From the NCBI RefSeq assembly GCF_964194155.1, contig NC_135899.1, positions 35,154,001-35,218,000 of the forward strand: 64,000 nt of DNA, given 5' to 3'. Shown piece by piece: positions 10,353 through 22,915 of this stretch (position 1 is its first letter; every line of letters starts with the position of its first letter). This DNA comes from Cetorhinus maximus (Eukaryota). The notes below the pieces were generated by a model. That model had not been told where the DNA came from. It searched no databases and was given only the letters and a program-made list of their open reading frames with translations. A program made the translations under genes and the position numbers.

Positions 10353-12544
10353 AGTCTTCTTATTGTGTCCATGGACAGTCTATACATGGCCCAGCCAGAA
10401 CTGGACACATTTTTGTGCCTTGTTGTTGAAGTCGGCAAGATCTGCATCAGTGCAGGGTTCCTCTAGCGATAGGCATTGCAGGAGATCTTGCATAGTCTGT
10501 GGCTCAGTTCCACATTCACAAGTTGTCGGGCTGGTTGTATATTCCCATTTACTTAGTGATACCTTTGAACGACCTACACCAGTCCTAAGTCTGTTAAGGC
10601 ACTTCCAGGTTGCCCAGTTGAAAAGGCTTTCATCCGGTAGAATTTCCAACGCTGGGGGTTGTTCAAGACTGGCAAGCCAGTCTTTCCACAAGGCGATGCA
10701 GGCTTCAGATGGGGTTGATTGTAATGGAACAACACTATTCGTGAAGCTCTTCCTTGACTTTAGGCGGCTGAGTGTAGGTGTATGACCATGTAGAGGGTGC
10801 CTCTCATCTGATGTTTGACGGAGTCGCTCTTTCTTGCTGGCTACCGTTCTTCTTATATCAGGGGGAGCGATACCCGCCAGGATATATAGGCTGTTGGTGT
10901 TTGTTGGTTTTAAACAACCTGTGATAAGTCGGCAGCTTGCATTCAGAACGGCATCCAACTTCTTAGCATGAGTAGATCTTTCCCATTCAGGGCAGGCGTA
11001 TTCGGCAGTGGACTAGCAAAGAGCAAGTGCACTGGTTCACAATGTTTTCGAGCTTGCTCCCCATTTTGTGTTAGTGAGCTTATTCAGAATGATGTTTCTT
11101 GCGCTCACTTTTGCCTTTGTCTTTTCGATGTGGTTCTTGAAGATGAGGCATCTGTCAAGGGTGACTCCTAAGTAGATAGGGTGCTCGCAATGCGTCAGTG
11201 TTGCTCCACACCAGGTTACTTTAAGCTGTCGTTTGGCTTCACGGTTTCTGAGGTGGAATGCACAAACTTGCGTCTTTGATGGGTTTGCGCGAAGGTGGTT
11301 TTCTTCATAGTAGGATGTTAGTCCCTCCAAGGCCTCAGAAAGCGTTTTCTCCACGGTGTTAAAATCAGTGCTTTGGGCAGTGACACATAAGTCATTAGCA
11401 TATGTAAAACGGCGTGTGACACTGTCTATAGGTTGGTCATTCGTGTAGATGTTGTACAGTAGCGGTACAAGCACGCTTCCCTGAGGAAGACCATTCTTCT
11501 GAATACGCCACCTGCTGCACTTCCCACCTAGTTCAACATAGAACCAGCGATTCTGAAGCATGCTTTCTAACAGCTCTGTTAAGTGAATATCTTTTGTCAT
11601 CTCTAGGATCTTGCAGAGGAGACGTCTATGGATCATTGTATCGTATGCTGCTGACAGGTCTACAAAAACAGCACCTGTTACCATCCCTTGCTCAAAACCA
11701 TCTTCGATATGTTGTGTGAGTTTGAGCAGTTGGCTTGTTGTTGATTTGCCGGGGCGGAAACCTGCTTGCTCTGGAATGATCTTCTCATCGACAGTTGGTG
11801 CTATCCTATTGAGTATCAGGCATTCAAACAGCTTATTGGTGTGGCAAAGCAGTGAAATTGGCCGAAAACTTTTAGGATCTGAGGGATCTTTTCCGGGCTT
11901 TAATAGTGCTATTACATGTGCCTTCTGCCAAATATTAGGTAGCTTGTGTGTTGCCAGGCAGTGGTTGACCAATTGTAGGAGCCATTTCTTTGCTTGCTGT
12001 CCAAAATGCTTTATCTGCTCCGTTGCTCTGTTGTCAAGACCAATTGCTTTCCCATGTTTTAGACTAGATATACCAGTTTCCAGCTCTTCCATGGTGAATG
12101 GTCCAGTGAAGCCACGGTCATCGCTGTACTTCTTCCTATCTAGTTGTGCTCTCGGTTGTTTCTTGTTGATTTTTCCATTTAGGAGCAACTGGTGTGCAAC
12201 TTGGTTTGCAGACACATTTAGATGTTGGGCAGCTTTCTTGGGATTGCCTCCAAGTTTGCATATGAGAGACCATGCCTTCTTGCTGTTTTTTGTAAGATCT
12301 GTTGTCTCTATCAAGATGTCCCAGGTGTTTTGACGCTCTTGTGATATACTTAACATCACCCTCTCACCGGTAGATATTGTTTCCTCTGAGAAGGGGTCAG
12401 ATTCAAATATTGAGACATACTCCCAGTAGAGTTCAGCATTCCCCTTGGTGAGACCAGAGATGTAGAGTGCCAAGGTAGAAGCATTCACGTTGTGGCGCTG
12501 TTTCAACCAATTCTACCACCACCACGCACAGCAAGTAGTGTATA
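10353..12544 (-). mobile_element. Vingi/Ingi-clade LINE, 5'-truncated, RT nearly intact
   Basis: ORFs 11037-12506 and 10380-10958: RPISLL, EQAGFRPG, FVDLSAAYD, GLPQGSVL, YANDL, LAGIAPPDIRR, C-terminal CECG..QTM...LQC, no RNase H. 11-bp TSD cctgaagctgt (10342-10352/12545-12555). Empty site at ~44025. Confidence 0.88.
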
Positions 12545-13619
12545 CCTGAAGCTGTGAAAATTGGTAAAGTCCCTGGTGTCAGCTGGAATGGATATCTTAA
12601 GGGATTGTCTTCAATCGGTACTGCTGATTAACCATTCTGCTTTCATTCACTCATGAAATTTCTATTGTTTAGGCACAGTTCTAACAGTCTGTCAGGAATA
12701 AAACTCGAGGAATAACCCACTCTTCCCAGGAAAGTTCAGTGTTAGTTTTAGTGAGGTTTTTGAGCTTGTTTTCAAATCCCTCCATGGCCTCTCCCCTCCC
12801 TATCTCTGTAATCTCTTCCACCCCTCAGTCCTGCACTGGAGTGTCAGCCATGATTTTTTGTGCTCAAATCCTGGAGTGGGACTTGAACCCACAACCCTCT
12901 GACTCAGAGAACAAGGTTGTTGTCCAACTCCAGATGGATTATTCAATGGACATGGATTAAAGTTGTTGTCAGGGCCACACGAATAATTCCTCAGGCTCTG
13001 GGGTCCCTGCACAAACCCCACCCACCATTTATTACAACACAAATATGTTGTAAAATGAGTGAAGAAATTATCCTGTAGATGTTTACACACTGCATTGATC
13101 ATGAAGCCAATCAGATCACAATATACCAGCCTTAAATAAAACTGCTTCAATTGATCATACACCATTTTTCAAATGTTTGTTTTAGTAAAGCTCCTTGAGA
13201 AATATGCAGCAACCACAAGTGCACAGGTTGTGACTGAGGAGTTCATGCTAATATGTGTTGATTTTATCAGTGCAATCCAACTGAAATTGACCGTATCAGG
13301 AATTTTAAGTGTAAATTACATCATGTGTAAATTGAACTTTCACGATCTTTAGTGTTGGTTTATTAAACATCACCCAGGAAGCTGGTACCAACCACAGAAA
13401 TGACCACGGCCCCAGATGGGAATAATGGGAGTGGTGAGTTTCTACAGATTGCTGGAGGAAAGAGATGGAGGAAGTGAGATAGGGTGAGGATTGAGGAGGG
13501 AGGAGAGGTCGGAAAGAGAAAGAGGACGAGGACAAAAGATAAGAGAAAGAGGAGGCGGGTAGGAAAGGATGGAGAGATGGGAGGTGGAGAAATGGAGGAG
13601 AACAGAGAAGAGTCAATTA

Positions 13620-13980
13620 CTCCTCTCCTGTGTCCCTCCCTCCTGTTTATGTGCTGATCCTACCACTGCATATCATCACTGCCTTGGATGCTGTGGGTCT
13701 TCCTCTTCTGATCTGCTGTCAAACACATTTGAAGCTACACATCCCACACTGATGTTGTCAGTTTGAAAGCCTCCGAGGATGAAGAATGCTATTCCCACAC
13801 TAGAAATCTGTCAAACATTTACTGGGGGAACTGAGACAGCAGCTGCAATAAGTGAGATTTTATTCAGATGGGACAATGACAAATTTAAAATCCCACCTGA
13901 TCTACTGCTCAAAGATGCCTCTGTTTCACTGGTTAGTTTCCCAAACTTCAGAAACTTATGTTACTCCAGAAAAATTTGGA
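13620..13980 (+). promoter_or_regulatory. Truncated copy of ZNF cassette upstream block (no CCAAT/exon 1)
   Basis: Matches the first ~350 bp of the promoter block and stops at ...ccagaaaaatttgga, just before the ATTGG box. Confidence 0.7.
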
Positions 13981-14000
13981 GCCATTTGAATTTTAAACAA

Positions 14001-16200
14001 TGTTCCATGTGGTGTGTAAAATAGTGACTGTCCTCAAACTTTTATTTACATATAGTGACATCAGAGGTCACATTAATGTGAGAAGCCACAGTGTAAAAAG
14101 GGATTTATCCAAACATCCTCCTCTTCATAAAAAGAAAAAAAAATTGCATGCACAATAATTTATAAGCTACTCCACATCCATAGTCCGTAAAGAAAATAGT
14201 CACACTTTGTTCTTTCCGGTCTGTTCCAATTTCGTCTGTCCCTACACACATAATCTTTAAAGTGTTCAGCTCTTCTTATGGTATGTGTGTGAGTTGCTGT
14301 TAACTGTTCATCAGGTGTCTGCTGGTTCCTGAGGTGACGTCTCTCTGGAGAATGTTGCCGTGGCGAGTGTTGTTGCTGTGGTAATTGTTACTGCTGATCC
14401 GCTGCATTTATTGGGGAATGGTTGCCCTCTGGGACTGATGGGTGTTCAGTTCCTTGCTCAGTTGGTGAAATAGGATCTGCCTCATCAGCTGTCTGCTGTG
14501 AAGGAGCAGCTTCTCCGGTTGCACGTAGATGTCTGCGGTTGTGAAGATAGATCTGGTCGTTCACTGTGTATGATCAAGGTGACAACTTCTCGACAAAGGA
14601 CCCAAGTTGCCAAGTGAGCTGACTTTTGTTGAGTGCGTTGAACGTTTTCACTCTGACCGGCTCTCCAACTCTCAGCTCTGGCAATGATGTGGCAGCTTCA
14701 TCAAAGTGAAATTTGTTTTTCTGTTGTTTCACTTTGATCTTGTCACTCACTCCCTGTTACTACTTCTGGCCTCAGTCATTTTTTAGTTGTTGGAAGAGTA
14801 GTCTGGATGCAGCGTGACATTAGTCACTGGACTGGACAACTTTCCATGCCTTCAGTAGGTGTGTTTCTCCACTCTAAGATTGCCTTGTACACATTTGTGC
14901 TGAATCTAGTCGATTTTTTGATGATCCCTTTGGCAATTTTCATCACTGCCTCAGCCTTTCCATTTGACTGGGGATAGTGTGGAGATGACGTGTAGCGATG
15001 AATTTCCCAATCATTCATCAAGTGTCTGAATTCTTCACTCGTGAATTGAGGGCCATTGTCACTCATCACAATGTCAGGAATGCCATGACGACTGAAGTGT
15101 GCTTTCAGGCGTTCCTCAATCTCACTGGTAGTTGTTGACATCAGCTGGTCTAACTCCCAGTAGTCTGAATAATAGTTGACTGTGACGGGATAATCAGTTC
15201 CAGTGAGAGTTAAGAGATCTACTCCAAGCTTCATCTATGGTCTGTCTGGGATGTCATGAATCATGAGCAGCTCTTTATCTTGCTTAGCTTGATATTCATT
15301 ACAAACACTGAACTGGCTGATGTGGTCTTTAATCTCATTGCTCATGTTTAGCCAGTAGAGCACTTCTCTTACCTTCCTCAGACTAGACTCGATTCCTTGA
15401 TGGTTTGTGTGGATGTGCTTCAGCATCTTTTTTCTCATCTCTTTAAGGATAATGACCCAAGTCCCTTTGTACAAGATGCCATCTTGGGCGATCACTTCAT
15501 CTCTGTCTGCCCAATACTCTCTTACAGAAACTGGTGTGTCCTTGATGGTTTCAGGCCATCCTTTCATCACAACTTCCTGTAACATTTGAAGAGTTGTATC
15601 TCATTGTGTAGTTTTCTTGATCTGAGCAAGATGCTTGTCTGTCAGATTCAATGTCTCTGCTGGGTTGATGACTTCCAGAGCATGTCGTGCTGTTGCAAAT
15701 GAAGTAACATCCTTTGTGAACACTTTGGAGCAGAGAGAAGCGGTTTGAGAAAGATGCTTTGAAGTGGCTTGTCGTCAGACTGCACCATCACTTTCTCTCT
15801 CCCAAACAGGTCCCGGATGAAATACTCACAAGCAAAGACAGTAGCCAGGCTCTCTTTTTCAATCTGTGCAGTTCAGTTTGTGTTAATGCTCTGGATACCA
15901 ACACAACTTGTTGTCCTTGCTGCATGAGGGTTGCTCCAAGTCCTAAACAAAAACAGAATTACCTGGAAAAACTCGGCAGGTCTGGCAGCATCGGTGGAGA
16001 AGAAATCAGTTAACGTTTCGAGTCTTCACTCCAAGTCCTGTTTCACTGGCATCTCACTGCAGGGTGACTTCATCATTGACATCATCGTACCTCAGCACTG
16101 GCGTTGTCATCACTAGTTGTTTGATGTGAGTGAAAGCTGCTGCTTGTTCTGTGTCCCAAACCACTGAACATCCTTTGCAGTGAGATTGTGTAGAGATTCA
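14001..16200 (-). mobile_element. Gypsy (Mag/K02A2.6-like) 3' half: RNase H remnants, integrase, PPT, 3' LTR
   Basis: ORF 14824-15234 integrase core (SDNGPQF, SSPHYPQSNGKAE); 15235-15585 zinc-binding region. PPT 14116-14126 and short LTR 14001-14115 (TG...CA). Confidence 0.85.
15945..16028. mobile_element. Short Penelope terminal fragment
   Basis: Same terminus as 49590-49672. 11-bp TSD ctccaagtcct (15934-15944/16029-16039). Confidence 0.8.
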
Positions 16201-16299
16201 CACTCTGATGACAGATTGACAAGAACTTGGTTAGGTAGATCCCATGTGGGTTTGCTGATGTTCCACGAGGTTAACAACTGTATGAAGGCTTCATTATAG

Positions 16300-16975
16300 A
16301 ACTCACACCGATAGAGTTTCTCCCCTGTGTGACTGCATTGATGGACCAGGAGATACGCTGACTGCAGTGTGAATCCACTGTTGCTTCACAAAATTGGAGG
16401 ACTTGATGAAAGCTGTCGTTCAAACATCGCACCTGTGTGAATCCTCTGATGTCCCATAGAATCAAAGATATTGTAAAAGCATTATCGCAAACCTCACACT
16501 TAAATGGTTACTCCCCTGTGTGCATCCTCTGATGGAGCAGGAGGTTCAATGACATCGAGAATGATTTATCGCACACTTCGCACGTGAATGGTTTCACCCT
16601 GTGTGAATGCGTTGGTGTTTGCAGAGAGTTGATGAATCCGAGAATGATTTGTTGCACAGCTCACACCTGAGTGGTTTCACCCCTGTGTGAATCCTCTGCT
16701 GCCGGAGGAGATGCGATGACTGTGAGAATGATTTGCAGCATATTTCACACCTGAATGGTTTCTCCCATGTGTGAATGCATTGGTGATCGCGGAGGTTCCC
16801 TGATCTCAAGAACAATTTGTCACAGACCACACAGGTGAATGGTTTCTCCCTGTGTGAATGCATTCATGTTGTGGGGATCTGATGATGACAAGAATGATTT
16901 CTTACACACCTCCCATGTGAATGGCTTCATCCTGATGTGAATGTGGTGTCGTTTGCAGAGTTCAGATGACTCCAA
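16300..16975 (-). pseudogene. C2H2 zinc-finger pseudogene fragment (opposite strand)
   Basis: Minus ORF 16594-16863 has three fingers of the same family, flanked by frameshifted and decayed fingers. No start or leader. Confidence 0.8.
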
Positions 16976-16979
16976 GGAA

Positions 16980-19900
16980 TCAGAGAAATTTAGGGACAAT
17001 ATAATAAAGTAATACAAATAATCCAAAGTAGAATAAGTTAACGTAAGGGAAGTAGAGTTAAGACATGGCAGTGCAGCTCAGTTGAGGGATGCATGTCCTG
17101 TAATAAGTGCAAAGACATGGACGCTACCGGTGTCTTAGACGACCACATGTGCAGGAAGTGCTGCCAGCTGCAGAAACTTGAGCTCCTGGTTTCAGAGCTC
17201 GAGCAGTGGCTGGAGTCACTGTGGCGCATCCACGAGGCTGAGAGCTATGTGGATAGCACATTCAGAGAGGTGGTAACATCGCAGCTTAAGGGCCTGAAGA
17301 GAGAGAGGGGGAATGGGTGACCACCAGGCAATCCAAGAGAAGTAGGCAAGTAGTGCAGGAGTCCCCTGGAGTCCTGCTCACAAATTGGTTTTCCATTTTG
17401 GAAGCTGGTGAGGGTGCTGGTTCTTCAGAGGAGTGCAGTCAGAGCCAAGTTTGTGGTGCCACAAGTAGCTCGGCTGTACTGGAGGGGAGGAAGGAGAAAG
17501 GAAGAGCAATAGTGACAGGGGATTCATTGGTTAAGGGAACAGATAGGCATTTCTGTGGCCGTAGATGTGACTCCAGGATAGTATGTTGCCTCCCTGGTGC
17601 CAGGGTCAAGGATGTCACAAAGCGACTGCAGAACATTCTTCTGGGGGAGGGTGAAGAACCAGAGGTCATGGTCCACATTGGTACCAATGACTTAGGTAGG
17701 AAGGGGGATGTGGTCCTGTGATCAGAATTTAGGGAACTAGGTCGAAAATTAGCAAGCCGGACCTCAAATGTAGTCATGTCCGGTGTAGTCTATAGACTCT
17801 TGAGAAGAACATAGAAGAACAAATCTGCAGGGAAATTGCAGAGCGATGCCAGCATTATAGAGTAGCTATAATGGGGTACTTTAATTATCTGACTGTAGAC
17901 TGGGACAGTGGTAGTGTAAAGGGCGGAGAGGGGCAAAAGTTCCTAGAATGTGTTCAGGAGAATTTTCTACAGCAGTACGTGTCCAACAAGAAAAGAAGCA
18001 CTTTTGGATCTGGTTCTTGGAAATGAGGTGGACCAAGTCGATCAAGTGTCAGTGGGGGAACATTTAGGAGACAGTGATCACTGTAAACAGTGATCATTGT
18101 ACGTTTTAAAATGATGATAGAAAAGGATGATAGGCAATCCAGAGTAAGAATAATTAACTGGACAAGAGCCGACTTCAATGGGGCAAGAACGGAGCTGGGC
18201 CAGATAGACTAGAATGAAAGATTGGCGGGAAAAACTGTAACTGAAGAATGATCTACATTCAAAAAAGAATTGGTTCAGGCACAGTCAAGGTATATTCCAT
18301 CGAAAGGGAAAGGTAGGGCAAATAAATCCAGAGCTCCCTGGATGAAAAAGGAGATAGAAATTAAGGTAAAGAACGAAAAGTATGCTTATGACAGGTGTCA
18401 GGTAGAAAATACAATTGAGAACCAAGAGGAATACAAAAGGTTCAGAGGGGAGGTGAAAGAGCATATTAGAGAAGTGAAGAGGGATTATGAGAAAAGACTG
18501 GCAGCCAACATAAAGGGGAATCCCAAAGTCTTTCATAGACATATAAATAGTAAAAGGGTGGTAAAAGGAGAAGTAGGGCTGATTAGAGACCTAGAAGGGA
18601 ATTTACACATGGACGAAGGGGGCATGGCTGAGGTATTAAATGAATACTTTGCATCTGTCTTTACCTAGGAGGTAGATGCTACCCAGGCGATGGTGACAAA
18701 CGAGGAAATTCTGTCACTAGAAGAGTTCAAAATTGATAAGGAGGAACTGTTGAATAGACTGTTGGTACTTAAAGTTGACAAGGCACCAGGACTGGACGAG
18801 ATGCATCCAAGGATATTGAAGGAAGTGAGAGTAGAGATTGCAGGGGCACTGGCCATAATCTTTCGGTCTTCCCTAGACTCAGGATAGGTGTCAGAGGACT
18901 GGAGAATTGTAAACATTATGCCCATGTTCAAAAAAGGATGTAAGGATAAGCCCAGCAATTGCAGACCAGTCAATTTAAATTCAGAGGTGGGCAGGATTCT
19001 TGAAACAATTATTCGGGATAGAATTAGTAGTCACATGGAAAAATATGGATTGATAAGGAAGAGCCAGCAAGGATTTCTAAAGGAGAAATCATGTTTAACT
19101 AACTTGCTGGAGTTTTTTGAAGAGGTAACAGAAAAGGTTGATGAGGGTAATGCTGTTGATGTGGTGTACATGGACTTTCAAAAGGCATTTGATACAGTGC
19201 CACACAACAGATTTGTGAGAAAAGTTATTGTTCATGAAATAAAAGGGAAAGTAGCAACATGGATACAAAATTGGCTGAAAAATAGGAATCAGAGAGTAAT
19301 GGTTAATGGATATTTTTCGGGCTGGAGGAAGGTTCACAGTGAGTTCCCCAGGGGTCGGTATTGCTTTTCCTGATATATATTAATGATCTAGATCTTGGTG
19401 TGCAGGGGACAATTTCAAAGTTTGCAGATGATACGAAGCTTGGGAGTGTTGTAAACTGCTAGAAGGACAATGTAGAACTTCAAAAGGACATAGACAAGTT
19501 TGCAGATAGGTGGCAGATGAAGTTCAAGTGAAGAAGTGTCAAGTGTTGCATTTCGGTAGGAAGAACATGGACAGACAATATAAAATAAGGGGTGGAATTT
19601 TGAAGTGGGTGTGTGAGTAGAAAGACCTGGGTGTATATGTGCATAGATCATTGAAGGTAGCAGGACAAGTAGACAGAGCAGTTAATAAAGCATATAGTAT
19701 CCTGGGCTTTATTAATAGGGGCATAGAGTGCAAGAGCAAGGAGGTTATGCTGAATTTATATAAGACACTCGTTAGAGCTCAGCTGGAGTATTGTGTACAG
19801 TTCTGGGCACCAAATTATAGGAAGGATGTGAACACATTGGAGAGAGTGCCGAAGAGATTCACAAGAATGGTTCCAGGGATGAGAAACCTCAGTTATGAAG

Positions 19901-20330
19901 ATAGATTGGAGAGGTTGGGACTGTTCTCCTTGGAGAGAAGAAGGCTAAGAGGAGATTTGATAGAGATGTTTAAAATCATGAGGGGGCTGGACAGAGTAGA
20001 TAAGGAGAAACTGTTCCCACTCGTCAAAGTATCAAGAACGAGAGGGTACAGATTTAAAGTGGCTTGCAAAAGAAACAGATGTGACGTGAGAAAAAACTTC
20101 TTCACACAATGAGTGGTTCGAGTCTGGAATGCACTGCCTGGAATTGTGGTGGAGGCAGGTTCAATCGAGGCATTCAAGAGGGCAATAGATGATTATTTGA
20201 ATAGAAACAATGTGCAGGGGCACAGGGAAAAAGCAGGGCAATGGCACTAGGTCATAGTGCTCATTTGGAGAGCCGGAGCAGACACGATGGGCGGAATAGC
20301 CTCCTTCTGTGCTGTTAAGATTCTGTGATT
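16980..20330 (+). mobile_element. CR1 LINE, near full-length, internally deleted and degenerate
   Basis: ORF1 zinc-finger/leucine zipper (CNKC...CRKC, LELLVSELEQWLESL) and SGNH esterase (VTGDS, HIGTND). Deletion at ~17783 joins into the APE C-terminus. RT motifs (SCLTNLLEFFE, YMDFQKAFDTVPH). 3' tail gattctgtgattc. Confidence 0.92.
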
Positions 20331-20570
20331 CATCAGATGGTTTTGCATTGGGCAGCATGTGGATGAGAAATAGGTGGGGGCCAAGGATAGACCCTTGGTC
20401 GGACTCCAGAGCAATGGGGGTGGGAAGATTAACCATTGCAGGAGATTCTCTGGCTACAACTGAAGAGGCAAAAGGGGACCAAGCCATAGCAGTCCTACTC
20501 ACCAGACAACAGAGAAGAGTTGGAAGAGGAGGATAGTGTGGTCGGGCATGTCAAAGGCGGCAGAAAGGTT
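20331..20570 (-). mobile_element. L2-like LINE RT fragment
   Basis: Minus translation QGSILGPHLFLIHMLP resembles the L2 motif PQGSILGPLLFLIYMLP. Confidence 0.55.
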
Positions 20571-20839
20571 ACTTCTCTCTCCACAGATGTTGCCTGACCT
20601 GAGTATTTCCAGCATTTTCCGAATATATATCATATTTCCAACATTCACAGTTTTTTGCCATTGTATTCAAAGAGCTGGGTGTGTGCACTTTAGGGAAGTG
20701 CAGACTATGGGTGATTTTATAAGGTTTGAAAATAATAACAGTTTGTGTTCATGACTTCATGTGGACAAATTATTTTAATTGGATAGATTAGGGAGGGCCA
20801 AAGGAAAGAATTCAGACAATATCACTGGGGTCCATTTTT

Positions 20840-21410
20840 CGAGGAATAGAATTGAAAAGCAGAGAAGTTATGTTGAATTTGTATAGAACCTTGGTTAGAC
20901 CACACTTGGAGAGCTGTGCACAGTTCTGATCTCCAGACTGAATAAGGACATAAAGGAACTGGAGAAGGTGCAAAAACATTTATATGGATGATGTGGAGAA
21001 TTGAGAGATTGTAACTATCGAAAAGAGCAGGTTGAGAGGTGACATGATAAAAATCTTTAAAATGATGAAACATAAAATTAAGAATTTAGGGGTAAATGGA
21101 GAGAAGATGTTCCCACTTGTGTGGTGGAGTCCAAAACTAGGGGCCAGAAACATAGGATGGTCAATAATAAATCCAATGAGGAATTCAGGAGAAACTTCTT
21201 TCCCAAGGTAATGATTAGAATGTGGAACTTGCTACTACAGGGAATGGTTGAGGTAAGTAGTTTCAATGTATTTGATGGGAAGCCTGGTAAGCACATGAGG
21301 GAGAAAGGAATAGATCGGGTGAGATGAAGTAGGGAGGGAGAAAGCTCATGTATAGCAGCAGCACTGGTAGAAAGCAGAAGGTCCAAATGGTCTGTTTCTG
21401 TGCTTTAAAA
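20840..21410 (+). mobile_element. Old CR1 3' fragment
   Basis: Degenerate CR1 C-terminus (SKTRGQK..., RRNFF..., WNLL). Confidence 0.7.
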
Positions 21411-21419
21411 ACTAGATTC

Positions 21420-21517
21420 AAAATAAAAAATGTTGGAAATTCTCAGCAGATCAGGCAGCATCTGTGGAGAGAAACAGAGTTAACGTTTCAGCTTAAGATG
21501 ACCTTTCATCAGAAACT
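21420..21517 (-). mobile_element. Old Penelope terminal fragment with hammerhead-like core
   Basis: rc reads CTGATGA-aaggtcatcttaagct-GAAAC-gttaact...ccacagatgctgcctgatctgctgag. Confidence 0.6.
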
Positions 21518-21849
21518 AGGTTGGATGTTGGGCGAGTCACTCCTGCAGCCAAAACTACCCCCTCCCCAAGTCCCCCAGTCTAGGGGTCTGTTATTTGATT
21601 TTATCAATGTTGCTCACCCTGGGGTCAATCTCCGAGTCACTCCCCAAACACAGAGTAAATCCCCCAGGTCACAGTGTTACTCTCCGAGCACAGAGTCAAT
21701 CCCCGATTCCCAGACTCACTACCCAAGCACTGACTCAATCTCCACTCCCACTCTCTATTCTTTGTTTCTCCTTCCCCTTAACCTCTGTCCCTCTCTCCTG
21801 TGTCCCTATCTCCTGTGTCCCTCCATCCTGTGCATGTGCTATTCCCACC

Positions 21850-22620
21850 ACTGCCTGTCATCGCTACCTTGAATTCTGCGGGTCTTTCTGTTCTGATCTG
21901 CTGCCAAACACATCTGAAGCTACACATCCCACACTGATGTTGTCAGTTTGAAAGCCTCCGAGGATGAAGAATGTTATTCCCACACTAGAAATCTCTGTCA
22001 AAGGTTTACCAGGGGAACTGAGACAGCAGCTGCAATAAGTGAGGTTTTATTCAGATGGGACAATAACAAGTTTAAATCCCCACCTGATCTGCTGCTCAAA
22101 GTCGCCTCCGTTTCACTGGTCAGTTTCCCAAACTTCAGAAAACTCAGGTTACTCCAGAAATATTTGGATTGGCTGTGAGAGACGTCAATCAGAGAGCCCC
22201 ACCCACTCTGCCCATTCCCTCCTCTTCCTGTTCCACAGCTGCTTCACTTCCTGTAGGGACTCAAAACCAACTCAGGACATGGTGAGTGAACGAACACAAT
22301 TTATAATCATTACATCACATAATATCCACACTAATCTTCAGGCAGCCTGACTATCCTGTGGGGAATCAGCTGTGGAAATGCCCCTTATGCTGTGTGAGAA
22401 CATCCAGCTGAGAGAGCTGTTTACTCGGTGCTTTGTGCTGAACTGTTTGCCTGGAGCTGTGTGTTGGATATTGAGTGTGTTTATTGGAAGCATTTCCCTT
22501 CTGATTTACAGGCTGACTTTTGTTGATGGCTCATTACTGAATATGAGAAGGTGAGGTGTAATTGTCTGGGAGGTGCAGAGTGTCTGAGGATTCTTACTGA
22601 TTTCCTATTGTTGAGTTCTG
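21850..22620 (+). promoter_or_regulatory. ZNF cassette promoter with exons 1 and 2 (copy P2)
   Basis: ATTGG 22168-22172, GACGTCA, CCCCACCC, CACTTCCTGT. Exon 1 ends ATG(22279-22281)|gtgagt; exon 2 is 22512-22550. Confidence 0.7.
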
Positions 22621-22915
22621 TCTGTGTGTTGGGATCTGGATGTTTCCTGTCTTTTCAAATCCCTCCAAGACCTCCTACCCACCGCCATCTCTGTAACCTC
22701 CTCGGAAAAGAAAAATAGCAAGACTTGCATTATGAAGAGCCTTTCATGACCACCAGATCTCCCAAAGCATTTTACAGAAATGAATTTCTGTTGAAGTGTG
22801 GTCACTGTTGTAATGTAGTAAACGTGGCAGCCAATGTGCACACAGCAAGCTCCCACAAACAGCAATGTGACAATGACCAGATAACCTGTTTTTCATTGGT
22901 GTTGACTGAGATATA

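Noticed and set aside
11611-12333. Long antisense ORFs over LINE RT genes
   Set aside because: Antisense shadows of intact coding frames.
22372-22554. Recurrent hydrophobic ORF MEMPLMLCE... (also 2517, 33048)
   Set aside because: GTG start in intron 1; recurrence is explained by segmental duplication; broken in P3 and P4.
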